Assembly: GCA_944362705.1 (NCBI GenBank)
Contig: CALVTO010000002.1
Span: 12,818 to 76,817, forward strand
Length of the DNA: 64,000 nucleotides
Origin: an uncultured Clostridia bacterium
GTDB lineage: Bacteria > Bacillota > Clostridia > Christensenellales > UBA1242
Direction of reading: 5' to 3'
The notes under the pieces: generated by a model
What the model was told of the DNA's origin: nothing
What the model saw: the letters and a program-made list of their open reading frames with translations, nothing else
Database searches by the model: none
Program-made: the position numbers and the translations under genes
Shown here: positions 36,602 to 46,527 of the stretch, piece after piece
Position numbering within the stretch: position 1 is the first letter of the stretch
How the letters are laid out: every line of letters starts with the position of its first letter

Positions 36602-37378
36602 ATGAAACAAAAATGGATGATTATTTTACATTCTGTCGTATCATCAATGATAGCGTTTGGCGTTACGTTGTTTTTTTTATCCTTTTCAAAAATAACGAAT
36701 AACACACGCATTATAATAAGTTTGGTTATATCGTGTGCCTTTTTTATTTTTATATACAAAAGACGAACAAAGCTATTTTTAAAACAACAAACTAAAGAAG
36801 CCAAAGTAAAATTGTGGCAAAATTTTAAAGAACACTTACAGCGATCACCCCGCATATTGCAGTTAACTTTATTAGAAAAAATATGCAAAAAGTTAAATTT
36901 AAAGTGCAAAATATACCATAATTTTATATTTTTACCAGAAAAGCAATTGGCCATAACCTTTTTACCCGATGCATTTGAAACTTCTTTTTTTCAAAAAATG
37001 TATCAAATTTGTTTGCGCAACCATAACCATATTACGTGGTTTTGCATTTGCTTAAACGAGCCCATACCCCAAACACCCTATTACTTAAAAAACAAACTAC
37101 AGTTTATAAGTTACTTACAATTTTGCAATTTAATGAAAGTTGCCAAACTGAAACCAAGTAACACACAACAACCAGCATCCAAATTTTACAATATGATATT
37201 TTTGCCAGAAAAAGCCAACCGCTATTTATTACTCTGCTCACTGTTTTTATCTTTTGCATACTTTTCATCTTTTTCTTGGATATATATTTTTTGTTGTATT
37301 CTCACATTTGGGTTATGGGCAACAATTAAAATTTTACAAATGAAAAAGAAAAAGGAGTCACCCTCCTTTCCTATTTAA
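36602..37378 (+). CDS. Hypothetical membrane protein, 258 aa
   Basis: It starts at the first ATG in the frame. Hydrophobic segments occur at both ends (MIILHSVVSSMIAFGVTLFFL; LLLCSLFLSFAYFSSFSWIYIFCCILTFGLWATI), with an internal NFIFLPEK / NMIFLPEK repeat. It fills the whole gap between pdp-like and yhbY. I recognise no family. Confidence 0.5.
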   Translation: MKQKWMIILHSVVSSMIAFGVTLFFLSFSKITNNTRIIISLVISCAFFIFIYKRRTKLFLKQQTKEAKVKLWQNFKEHLQRSPRILQLTLLEKICKKLNLKCKIYHNFIFLPEKQLAITFLPDAFETSFFQKMYQICLRNHNHITWFCICLNEPIPQTPYYLKNKLQFISYLQFCNLMKVAKLKPSNTQQPASKFYNMIFLPEKANRYLLLCSLFLSFAYFSSFSWIYIFCCILTFGLWATIKILQMKKKKESPSFPI

Positions 37379-37381
37379 ATT

Positions 37382-37675
37382 TTAAAACTCTATGTGCTTA
37401 ACACCCTGTTTTTTACTTTTTCTATATAAAATCATTTTTCTTCCAATACAACCAACTGGTTCCGCATGCAAGATTTGAGCGAGTTCGTTTACCAAAACTT
37501 TACCGTTAGATGGTGAATTTTGCAGAATGCTAATTTTAATCAATTCCCTGTTTTCAAGCGCCGAATCTATTTGCACAACAATATTCTCAGTCAAACCTTC
37601 TTTCCCTATAAAAACAATAGGGTCTAAACCATTGGCTAACGCTTTTAAAGAAGCTCTTTGTTTACTTGTAATCAT
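37382..37675 (-). CDS. yhbY: YhbY/CRM-domain RNA-binding protein
   Basis: MITSKQRASLKALANGLDPIVFIGKEGLTENIVVQIDSALENRELIKI... Confidence 0.85.
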   Translation of the reverse strand: MITSKQRASLKALANGLDPIVFIGKEGLTENIVVQIDSALENRELIKISILQNSPSNGKVLVNELAQILHAEPVGCIGRKMILYRKSKKQGVKHIEF

Positions 37676-37686
37676 ACTTCCTCCTT

Positions 37687-39595
<1,909 letters not shown>

Positions 39596-39642
39596 AAGTA
39601 TTCACCTAAACTATTATACAAATACACGCTTATTTTGTCAAT

Positions 39643-40572
39643 TTACAGAAAAATTCTCTCCCCTGTAAGTTTTAAAAATAAAAATGCCTTCTCTTGCTTT
39701 ATCAATGACTGCAGTTCAAAAAAAGTCATATTATATAAAAAATAAGCAGAATCTATAAAAACAACCACATCTTGCTTAAATTCTTCTTTACTATCATTTG
39801 GTAAAAAATAAGCTAAGTTTTGTTGCATATTATACCAACATTCGTTTTGATAGGATAAGTCTATGGAAGAATATTTTTCCCCATAAAAAACAGTAAACTG
39901 ATGTAAGGTTTTTATATTCTTTAATACATATTTCTCGCGACTATATTTAGCAAGTTCACCATTTTCCAAATAAAACAAATCGGATTGCCCTTTTAACCAT
40001 AATAACGGCGTATGCGAACCTAAAACAACCTTGCCACCATACAAACGTATATAATTAAAAACACCTTCAAGTTCTTTTATATTACCCAACAATTCAAAAA
40101 ATCCATCTGCATCATCCACTATTAAAATAGAAGGCTTTTTTAATAAAGCACGCACAAGGGCTACTTTGAATTTTTCTTTACATGTTAGCTTTATTACTTT
40201 TTTATTTAATAAATTACGCACATCAATTGGAATGTTTTGCAAACACACGTCTAAAGATTGTGAAATATTTTGAACTTTTAATTGATATTGCAAATTAAAG
40301 GCAACCGTTTTATGCTCCAAGAATTCTAACCGCCGTAGCAATAAAGAAATTTTCTTATCTTTTGCCGTCAATTTTTCCAAATGTTTATCATTGACAATAC
40401 ATTGCATAGACGCACAAGGCAAAAGTCCACTTATACATTTTAACAACGTGGTCACACCTTGCCCACGAGCTCCGCAAATATTCACCATACATTTTGACGT
40501 TGTAAAAGATATATTTTGTAAAACAAAAACATTTGGTTCATATGCAAAAGACACATTTTTTACTTGCAACAT
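39643..40572 (-). CDS. ABC-ATPase-like protein with degenerate catalytic motifs and a C-terminal extension
   Basis: MLQVKNVSFAY..VLQNISF, then a Walker A-like GARGQGVTT (no Lys) and a Walker B-like ILIVDDAD (no Glu). There is no LSGGQ signature and no adjacent permease gene. An AAGGAG SD is present. Confidence 0.6.
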   Translation of the reverse strand: MLQVKNVSFAYEPNVFVLQNISFTTSKCMVNICGARGQGVTTLLKCISGLLPCASMQCIVNDKHLEKLTAKDKKISLLLRRLEFLEHKTVAFNLQYQLKVQNISQSLDVCLQNIPIDVRNLLNKKVIKLTCKEKFKVALVRALLKKPSILIVDDADGFFELLGNIKELEGVFNYIRLYGGKVVLGSHTPLLWLKGQSDLFYLENGELAKYSREKYVLKNIKTLHQFTVFYGEKYSSIDLSYQNECWYNMQQNLAYFLPNDSKEEFKQDVVVFIDSAYFLYNMTFFELQSLIKQEKAFLFLKLTGERIFL

Positions 40573-40584
40573 ACTTCTCCTTGA

Positions 40585-40608
40585 AAGAAAAAAGGGCTAA
40601 GCCCTTTT
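40585..40608 (-). terminator. Terminator after hpf
   Basis: The minus strand reads AAAGGGC-TTA-GCCCTTT followed by TTTTCTTTC. Confidence 0.65.
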
Positions 40609-40612
40609 CCTT

Positions 40613-41140
40613 CTAAAATTTTGTATCAATAACACCATAATCGCCGTCAGCACGTTTATAGATAACATTTACGCGGTGCGTTTTGTTATTTAAGAATACA
40701 TAAAAATCATTATCTAACAATTCTAATTGTTCAATAGCTTCTTGTTCTGTAATAGGAACCAAATCAAAAGCTTTTGTTTTTACAATTTTAGGCGTTGTAA
40801 ATTCAGGTACCTCATCAAAAAACATTAAATCGTTCACAAACTCTTTACGTCTTTTTGCAAGAAGTTTATCCGAATATTTAACTACCTGACGTTCAATTTT
40901 TGATAAGCATGTATCTAAGTTGGTATACATGTTATCACTTTCTACTTCACTACGAATAAATCTGCCGGCGGTAGATAACGTTATTTCCATTTTAAATCTA
41001 TCTTTGCCGCGCATAGAGCATACAACTTTGCATTGTACATCTTTATTAAAATACTTTTCTAATTTTTCAATTTTCTTTTGAATTAAGTCTCTTAATTTTT
41101 CTTTAACTGTATAGTTCTTTTCAAATATTTCTATCTTCAT
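40613..41140 (-). CDS. hpf: Ribosome hibernation promoting factor, long form
   Basis: An S30AE-type N-domain (MKIEIFEKNYTVKEKLRDLIQKKIEKLEKYF...) plus the C-terminal dimerisation domain (...FYVFLNNKTHRVNVIYKRADGDYGVID). Confidence 0.9.
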   Translation of the reverse strand: MKIEIFEKNYTVKEKLRDLIQKKIEKLEKYFNKDVQCKVVCSMRGKDRFKMEITLSTAGRFIRSEVESDNMYTNLDTCLSKIERQVVKYSDKLLAKRRKEFVNDLMFFDEVPEFTTPKIVKTKAFDLVPITEQEAIEQLELLDNDFYVFLNNKTHRVNVIYKRADGDYGVIDTKF

Positions 41141-41167
41141 AAAAATATCCCCCTGTTTCTTTTTTAT

Positions 41168-41176
41168 AGTATAGCA
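41168..41176 (-). promoter_or_regulatory. Extended -10 element (TGC-TATACT) upstream of hpf
   Basis: The minus strand reads TGCTATACT, about 25 nt upstream of the GGGGGA SD of hpf. The -35 is poor. Confidence 0.35.
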
Positions 41177-41212
41177 TATAAAAGGTCCTTCTGTCTAACA
41201 TTCCCACAAACT

Positions 41213-43720
41213 TTATTTTTTCTTTCTAAAGCAATAAGCATTGTTTACATAATCAACAATAACCACATCACCTTCACCAATTGTGCCCTCTAACAATTCT
41301 TCCGCTAATTTATCCTCAATTTTTTGTTCAAGCACACGTTTTAAAGGACGTGCCCCATACTCTTCAGAATACCCTTCTGCAACTAAAGCATCCATAGCAT
41401 TTTGCGCAAACTCTAATGTAATATGTTTATCAGCCAAACGCTTGTTTACATTATGAATCATGATAGACGCTATTTTTTCAATATCTTGTTTGGTTAAATT
41501 ATCAAAAATTGTAATTACATCTACACGGTTTAAAAATTCAGGCTTGAATTTCTCGCGAAGCGCTTTCATTAACAAATCTTTTGTATTTTCTTTCTTAGAA
41601 GAAGTTTCATCACTGTTAAACCCTAGTCTTGCCGTATTTTTTGGAAGTTGCGCAACGCCTACATTACTTGTCATAATAATAACCGTGTTTTTAAAGCTTA
41701 CGGTTCTTCCTTGGCTATCGGTTAAACGTCCATCATCTAGTACTTGTAATAAAATATTAAAAATATCAGGATGCGCCTTTTCAATTTCATCAAACAAAAC
41801 AACAGAATATGGTTTTCGACGAACAGCTTCAGTTAATTGACCACCATCATCATGCCCAATATACCCAGGAGGCGCACCAATTAGTTTTGCCACCGAATGC
41901 GATTCCATATATTCGCTCATATCAATACGAACAATCGCATTTTCATCATCAAACAAAGCTTCCGCTAAAGCCTTTGTAAGTTCTGTTTTACCAACACCCG
42001 TAGGCCCCAAGAAAATAAAGGAACCAATAGGACGTTTCGGGTCTTTTAGCCCCGCACGCGCCCTTCGAATGGCTCGACTTACAGCGACAATCGCTTCATC
42101 TTGACCAATCACACGTTTATGCAAAATTTCTTCAAGCTTCATAAGTTTATCTTTTTCCGTTTCAGTTAACTTAGAAACAGGAATTTGTGTCCAACTAGAA
42201 ACCACAGCCGCAATATCTTCTGCCGTAATTACGCCTTCCTGGCTTTGACGAGAAGATTGCCAACGATTACGTATTTCATTCATTTTTTCTTTAATGATAT
42301 TGATTTGATTACGTGCCTCTCTTGCTTTATCAAAATCGTCAATTTTTACAGCTTCTTGTTTTTTCATTTCCTGCTCTTTTAATTGCTGTTCTAGTTCTTT
42401 TAAATCTTTCGGAGCAAAGCTACCCTTTACTTTAGCACGGCTACTAGCCTCATCAATTAAATCAATTGCTTTATCCGGCAACTGACGATCCATAATATAA
42501 CGAACCGAAAGGTTTACTGCCGCTTCAATTGCTTCGTCTGTTATTTTAACTTTATGAAAAGCTTCATAACTATCGCGAATACCTTTTAAAATTTTAACAG
42601 CATCTTCTTCAGAAGGCTGGTCTACCATAATTGGTTGAAATCTTCTTTCAAGTGCTTTATCTTTTTCAATAAATTTTCTATATTCATCGGTTGTTGTAGC
42701 ACCAATGGTTTGCATTTCCCCACGCGCCAAATAAGGTTTTAACATATCTGCTGGGCTTACCTCGCCATCTTTACTACCCGCCTGAGCCAGCATATGAATT
42801 TCATCAATAAACACAATAATATTTTTTTGTCCAATAATGGTTTCAATGGCATTTTTCAATTTTTCTTCCATGCTTCCACGGTATTTTGTTCCCGCCATTA
42901 AAGAACCAATTTCTAGAGAAAAAATAATTTTATTTTGTAAAAATTCAGGTACATCACCTTTAACAATTGCTTGTGCCAAACCTTCAACAACTGCAGATTT
43001 ACCAACGCCCGCCTCTCCAATTAACACAGGGTTGTTCTTTGTTTTACGGCATAAAATTTCAATAATTCTAGCCGTTTCTTTTTCACGTCCAATAATTGGG
43101 TCCATCTTTCCTGCACGTGCGCGTGCTGTCATATCTACACCCATATCTCTTAGCACTTCCGGAAGCTCCGCATTGTAGTTTTCAGCACCTTTTGCACCGT
43201 TTTTTGCATAATTTTCACCGTTATTTGCATATTCTCTACCGCCATTTGCAGAATTTTGTGTAAAAGAAGCATCTGTAGCCCCTTTTATAATTCGCAAAGT
43301 AGCCGACCTTAACGTTTGTATATTCACGTTAAAATACTGCGACAAAATCGTAATTGCTTGCGAGGTTTCATCAAGCAATAATGCATACAAAAGTTGTTCG
43401 GTTACAATGTACGGTTGCCCCATTTCATAAGCAATTTGTTGCGCCGCACGAAAAATATCTTTTACACGTGGCGTATAGTCAATTTCTACATTTCCGTAAA
43501 AATTTCTACTTACTGCTTTTGTTTGGCGAATCACACCTGCAAGTTCATTTGCCGTTACACCAAACTTTTGTAAAATCCTAGAAGCCACTGCCGAAGTTAC
43601 ACTAGATAACCCGTACAATAAATGCTCCGTTCCCACCTGCTGTTCGCCCATGGTGTATGCTAACTTTCCAGCATTATCTATCACTTTTTTTACATTATCT
43701 GTAACTGAAATATTAAACAT
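41213..43720 (-). CDS. clpC: ATP-dependent Clp protease ATP-binding subunit ClpC
   Basis: A Clp-N repeat N-terminus, two AAA+ modules (GEAGVGKSAVVEGLA; GPTGVGKTELTKALA), a UVR-like linker, and a position as last gene of ctsR-mcsA-mcsB-clpC. Confidence 0.95.
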   Translation of the reverse strand: MFNISVTDNVKKVIDNAGKLAYTMGEQQVGTEHLLYGLSSVTSAVASRILQKFGVTANELAGVIRQTKAVSRNFYGNVEIDYTPRVKDIFRAAQQIAYEMGQPYIVTEQLLYALLLDETSQAITILSQYFNVNIQTLRSATLRIIKGATDASFTQNSANGGREYANNGENYAKNGAKGAENYNAELPEVLRDMGVDMTARARAGKMDPIIGREKETARIIEILCRKTKNNPVLIGEAGVGKSAVVEGLAQAIVKGDVPEFLQNKIIFSLEIGSLMAGTKYRGSMEEKLKNAIETIIGQKNIIVFIDEIHMLAQAGSKDGEVSPADMLKPYLARGEMQTIGATTTDEYRKFIEKDKALERRFQPIMVDQPSEEDAVKILKGIRDSYEAFHKVKITDEAIEAAVNLSVRYIMDRQLPDKAIDLIDEASSRAKVKGSFAPKDLKELEQQLKEQEMKKQEAVKIDDFDKAREARNQINIIKEKMNEIRNRWQSSRQSQEGVITAEDIAAVVSSWTQIPVSKLTETEKDKLMKLEEILHKRVIGQDEAIVAVSRAIRRARAGLKDPKRPIGSFIFLGPTGVGKTELTKALAEALFDDENAIVRIDMSEYMESHSVAKLIGAPPGYIGHDDGGQLTEAVRRKPYSVVLFDEIEKAHPDIFNILLQVLDDGRLTDSQGRTVSFKNTVIIMTSNVGVAQLPKNTARLGFNSDETSSKKENTKDLLMKALREKFKPEFLNRVDVITIFDNLTKQDIEKIASIMIHNVNKRLADKHITLEFAQNAMDALVAEGYSEEYGARPLKRVLEQKIEDKLAEELLEGTIGEGDVVIVDYVNNAYCFRKKK

Positions 43721-43731
43721 AGTATTTCTCC

Positions 43732-44736
43732 TTATATTCTTTTAGATTTTAACATGTGCGCAACATATTCTGCACGATACACTTCTATTTGTTCTTGCGT
43801 TAAATGCTTACCACTAATTTTCGCCATGCTATGTTGCATACATTGAAATGTGAGTTTTGTCACTAATTGCGGAGTCTTTAAACGAATGATGTTTAAATAC
43901 ATTCCAAGTTTTAAATCTCCAATAAGTTTTAAAAATTCTTTGTCCGAAAGCGTATAGGCATTGGTTAACAAACCCCACGCTCTAAAAACACGATCTTTTA
44001 TTAAAATTGGCGAATTTTTAGCCAATTTTTCACGTTCAGCAAGCTCAATTGCAGAAATTTGTTCAACTGCCTCTTTCACTCTGCCTATAATTTCTCTTTC
44101 AGAAAGCCCTAAAGATGTCGCATTTGAAATTTGGTACATATACCCTTCAGAGTTACTTCCTTCGCCAAACGCCCCGCGAATGGTTAAGCCTTTACTAGAA
44201 GCATAATTCACAAGCTCCGTCATGTTTCCAGATAAAGTCAAGCCAGGCAAAAACATCATGCAAGAAGCTCGCATACCCGTACCAACGTTCGTGATACACG
44301 CCGTCAAATACCCCAAATTTTGATCAAACGCCAAGTCAATATTTTTTGTTATTTCATCTTCAATATCACTTATAATTCTGTACGCTTGCTCTAGTTCCAA
44401 ACCCTCTAAAATACACTGTGCGCGAATATGATCTTCTTCATTTACCATAATACTTACTGTTTCGTCTTCGTTCAACAAAACTGCACCGCTAGGGTTTTCT
44501 ACAAGTTTATTGCTAATTAAATGTTTTTCTTGCATTACCATACTATCGTAATAATCTAATTTCTGCATTACATATACTTTAAACCCACCAAGAGCAACAA
44601 TACAATCAGCTACTTTATTTAAAACTTGTTTCGCTTTTTCTTCCGTTAAACGTGCAGGAAACGCAAAATCTTGTAAATTTCTAGCTAAACGTATTCTACT
44701 GGAAATAACAACTTCATTTGTTTTACTTGAAATCAT
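43732..44736 (-). CDS. mcsB: Protein arginine kinase McsB
   Basis: VISSRIRLARNLQDFAFPARL, a phosphagen-kinase-like core (...GTGMRASCMMFLPGL), and operon context. Confidence 0.9.
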   Translation of the reverse strand: MISSKTNEVVISSRIRLARNLQDFAFPARLTEEKAKQVLNKVADCIVALGGFKVYVMQKLDYYDSMVMQEKHLISNKLVENPSGAVLLNEDETVSIMVNEEDHIRAQCILEGLELEQAYRIISDIEDEITKNIDLAFDQNLGYLTACITNVGTGMRASCMMFLPGLTLSGNMTELVNYASSKGLTIRGAFGEGSNSEGYMYQISNATSLGLSEREIIGRVKEAVEQISAIELAEREKLAKNSPILIKDRVFRAWGLLTNAYTLSDKEFLKLIGDLKLGMYLNIIRLKTPQLVTKLTFQCMQHSMAKISGKHLTQEQIEVYRAEYVAHMLKSKRI

Positions 44737-45111
44737 TTACATTTCCCCCATAAGCTTTTCAATTTTTTCTTTTAAAATAGCAGCAAGCTCAAAATTTTCT
44801 GAAGCAATCGCTTCTTCCTTTTGCTTTAACAATTGTTGCAACTGCAAAGATTTATTTTTACGGTTAAACTGATTAAGTGGCATTTTACCAACATGTTCAC
44901 GCTTTCCATGAATATCTTGCGCATATTTAACAACAGATGTAGCAAACACTTTATAACAATACGGACACCCTAAATAACCTGTTTCTAAAAAATCTGATTC
45001 ATGCGTCGAGCATTTAGGACAAACCAAATCAGCCTCCATTTTGTCTGGCTTTACATTCCAAAAATTACCCTGATTGGCATCGGACAACGATTTATAAAAA
45101 TCAAACATCAA
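44737..45111 (-). CDS. mcsA: McsA-like activator of McsB (short form)
   Basis: CPKCSTHESDFLETGYLGCPYCYKVF (two CxxC pairs) and a C-terminal UVR-like ENFELAAILKEKIEKL. It lies between ctsR and mcsB. Confidence 0.8.
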   Translation of the reverse strand: MMFDFYKSLSDANQGNFWNVKPDKMEADLVCPKCSTHESDFLETGYLGCPYCYKVFATSVVKYAQDIHGKREHVGKMPLNQFNRKNKSLQLQQLLKQKEEAIASENFELAAILKEKIEKLMGEM

Positions 45112-45569
45112 TCCTTCTCCTTTAACAAATATAACAACATGTTTTTAAACGCCTTTGCTCTAACTTTATCTTTAATCGCAAATGGCATAGCCAGAGAATC
45201 ATCACTAATGGCCGCTTTAACAATGCCAGCTTCCCTTTCGGTTAAAATTTTTTCATAAACCAGCTTTTCAAGAATATGAGACGCTCTTTTAAAAGTTAGC
45301 GCTTCCCCAATACTTTCTAAAACCAAATTATTCACATATGAATCTTCTTCAATAGGTATACGTGTAAGTTTTATATATCCACCACCACCACGTCTACTTT
45401 CCTTTAAGAATCCTTTATCTGGAGTAAATCTTGTTTCTAGAACGTAATTTATTTGACTAGGCGCACACGAAAAAAAGCTTGCAAGTTCATTTCTTGAAAT
45501 ATCAATATCCTTATCTTCACCCAATGTATTTAAAATAAATTGTTCAATAATATCACTTATGTTTGCCAT
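45108..45569 (-). CDS. ctsR: Class III stress-gene repressor CtsR
   Basis: MANISDIIEQFILNTL...CAPSQINYVLETRFTPDKGFLKESRRGGGGYIKL, which closely matches the CtsR signature. Confidence 0.88.
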   Translation of the reverse strand: MANISDIIEQFILNTLGEDKDIDISRNELASFFSCAPSQINYVLETRFTPDKGFLKESRRGGGGYIKLTRIPIEEDSYVNNLVLESIGEALTFKRASHILEKLVYEKILTEREAGIVKAAISDDSLAMPFAIKDKVRAKAFKNMLLYLLKEKD

Positions 45570-45592
45570 AAAAAATCTCCTTTTAATTTAAA

Positions 45593-45609
45593 GGTCAAAG
45601 TAAATCAAA
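45593..45609. promoter_or_regulatory. CtsR operator (heptad direct repeat)
   Basis: The plus strand reads GGTCAAA-GTA-AATCAAA, against the consensus (A/G)GTCAAA-NAN-(A/G)GTCAAA; the second heptad has one mismatch. It lies between the ctsR -10 box and the SD. Confidence 0.65.
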
Positions 45610-45619
45610 CTCTACTTAT

Positions 45620-45648
45620 AGTTTACGCATATTGTATACACTTGTCAA
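45620..45648 (-). promoter_or_regulatory. Putative promoter of the ctsR-mcsA-mcsB-clpC operon
   Basis: The minus strand reads TTGACA (45648-45643), 17 nt, TAAACT (45625-45620). Confidence 0.55.
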
Positions 45649-45670
45649 CAGTTTTATACAAAATAATAGA

Positions 45671-45699
45671 TTGACAATGTTACATTTTTTTCATATAAT
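45671..45699 (+). promoter_or_regulatory. Consensus sigma-70 promoter of tRNA-Leu(GAG)
   Basis: TTGACA (45671-45676), 17 nt, TATAAT (45694-45699), 9 nt before the mature tRNA 5' end. Confidence 0.7.
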
Positions 45700-45708
45700 A
45701 AAAGCAAT

Positions 45709-45795
45709 GCGAGGGTGGCGGAATGGCAGACGCGCAAGCTTGAGGTGCTTGTAGGAAAAATTCCTGTGTGGGTTCAAGTCCCATCTCTCGCACCA
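45709..45795 (+). tRNA. tRNA-Leu (anticodon GAG), CCA encoded
   Basis: The cloverleaf folds by hand. The acceptor stem is GCGAGGG/CTCTCGC (one G-U pair). The anticodon stem is CAAGC/GCTTG with loop TTGAGGT. It has a long variable arm and a GGTTCAAGTCC T-arm. Confidence 0.9.
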
Positions 45796-45796
45796 T

Positions 45797-45826
45797 AAAA
45801 GGCTCCTTTAGGGAGCCTTTTTATTA
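45797..45826 (+). terminator. Terminator after tRNA-Leu(GAG)
   Basis: AAGGCTCC-TTTA-GGGAGCCTT followed by TTTATT. Confidence 0.7.
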
Positions 45827-45926
45827 TGTTAGTTAATACTTAAAATTTTTTACTTTTCCGTTTTATACCACGTTTTTACAGGTTTTTGCATTGTTTTTCA
45901 ATAATTTTAACTTAATTTTGCGATTT

Positions 45927-46448
45927 TTAATATAAATTATAAATTTTTTCAGCAAACTGTACACGTTTTAAATAGTTTTTTGTCTCTTTATAAGGAATAG
46001 AGTTTGTATTAAAAGTTTCATTTTGTAACCATTTTACAACCTCTCCTTCTCCTGCATTATATGCGCAAATAGCCAAAGCTTCCGACTCGAATTTATTTAA
46101 TAAATACGATAAATAATAACAACCAAACTGAATATTTATTTGTGGATTATACAAATCTTCTTTTTCATAATTATCGTACGCAATTTGTCGAGCTATCCAA
46201 GCACCCGTACTGGGCAATATTTGCATTAACCCTATAGCGCCTTTGGCTGATACAGCATTTGCGTCAAATTTACTTTCCGTATGAATTGTCGCATACACAA
46301 GTTCCTCTGGTACTTCATAAATTTCCGCATACGCTTTTACATCGTCACAGTATTTACACGGAAAATAAAGTTGTATAGAAAACAAACACACAACAAAGAA
46401 TGCAGAAAATAAAAACAAAATACTTAATGCTTTTGTAGATAAACCCAT
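45927..46448 (-). CDS. Membrane-anchored lytic transglycosylase (SLT domain)
   Basis: An N-terminal hydrophobic helix, the catalytic-Glu region ATIHTESKFDANAVSAKGAIGLMQILPSTG, and ...AYNAGEG. Confidence 0.8.
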   Translation of the reverse strand: MGLSTKALSILFLFSAFFVVCLFSIQLYFPCKYCDDVKAYAEIYEVPEELVYATIHTESKFDANAVSAKGAIGLMQILPSTGAWIARQIAYDNYEKEDLYNPQINIQFGCYYLSYLLNKFESEALAICAYNAGEGEVVKWLQNETFNTNSIPYKETKNYLKRVQFAEKIYNLY

Positions 46449-46454
46449 ATTATT

Positions 46455-46460
46455 ACTATA
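46455..46460 (-). promoter_or_regulatory. -10 box (TATAGT) 6 nt upstream of the SLT-gene ATG; possible leaderless start
   Basis: The minus strand reads TATAGT-AATAAT-ATG(46448). There is no SD. It lies directly downstream of the polA terminator. Confidence 0.35.
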
Positions 46461-46483
46461 TCCAATTTTTTTTCTTTCATAAC

Positions 46484-46511
46484 AAAAAAGGACTTAATTA
46501 AGTCCTTTTTA
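46484..46511 (-). terminator. Terminator after polA (symmetric, could act in both directions)
   Basis: AAAAAGGACTTAATTAAGTCCTTTTT. Confidence 0.7.
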
Positions 46512-46527
46512 TATACGCTAAAAAACT

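Noticed and set aside
36526-36954. A 142-aa minus-strand ORF overlapping the start of the plus-strand membrane-protein gene.
   Set aside because: It overlaps the pdp-like start region and the better-supported plus-strand ORF. Its composition is odd, with no SD and no motif.
43174-43261. An N/G/A-rich low-complexity stretch in ClpC (NSANGGREYANNGENYAKNGAKGAENYN) between the N-domain and the first AAA+ module.
   Set aside because: The equivalent linker in other ClpC proteins is also variable and low-complexity, so this is probably ordinary linker drift.
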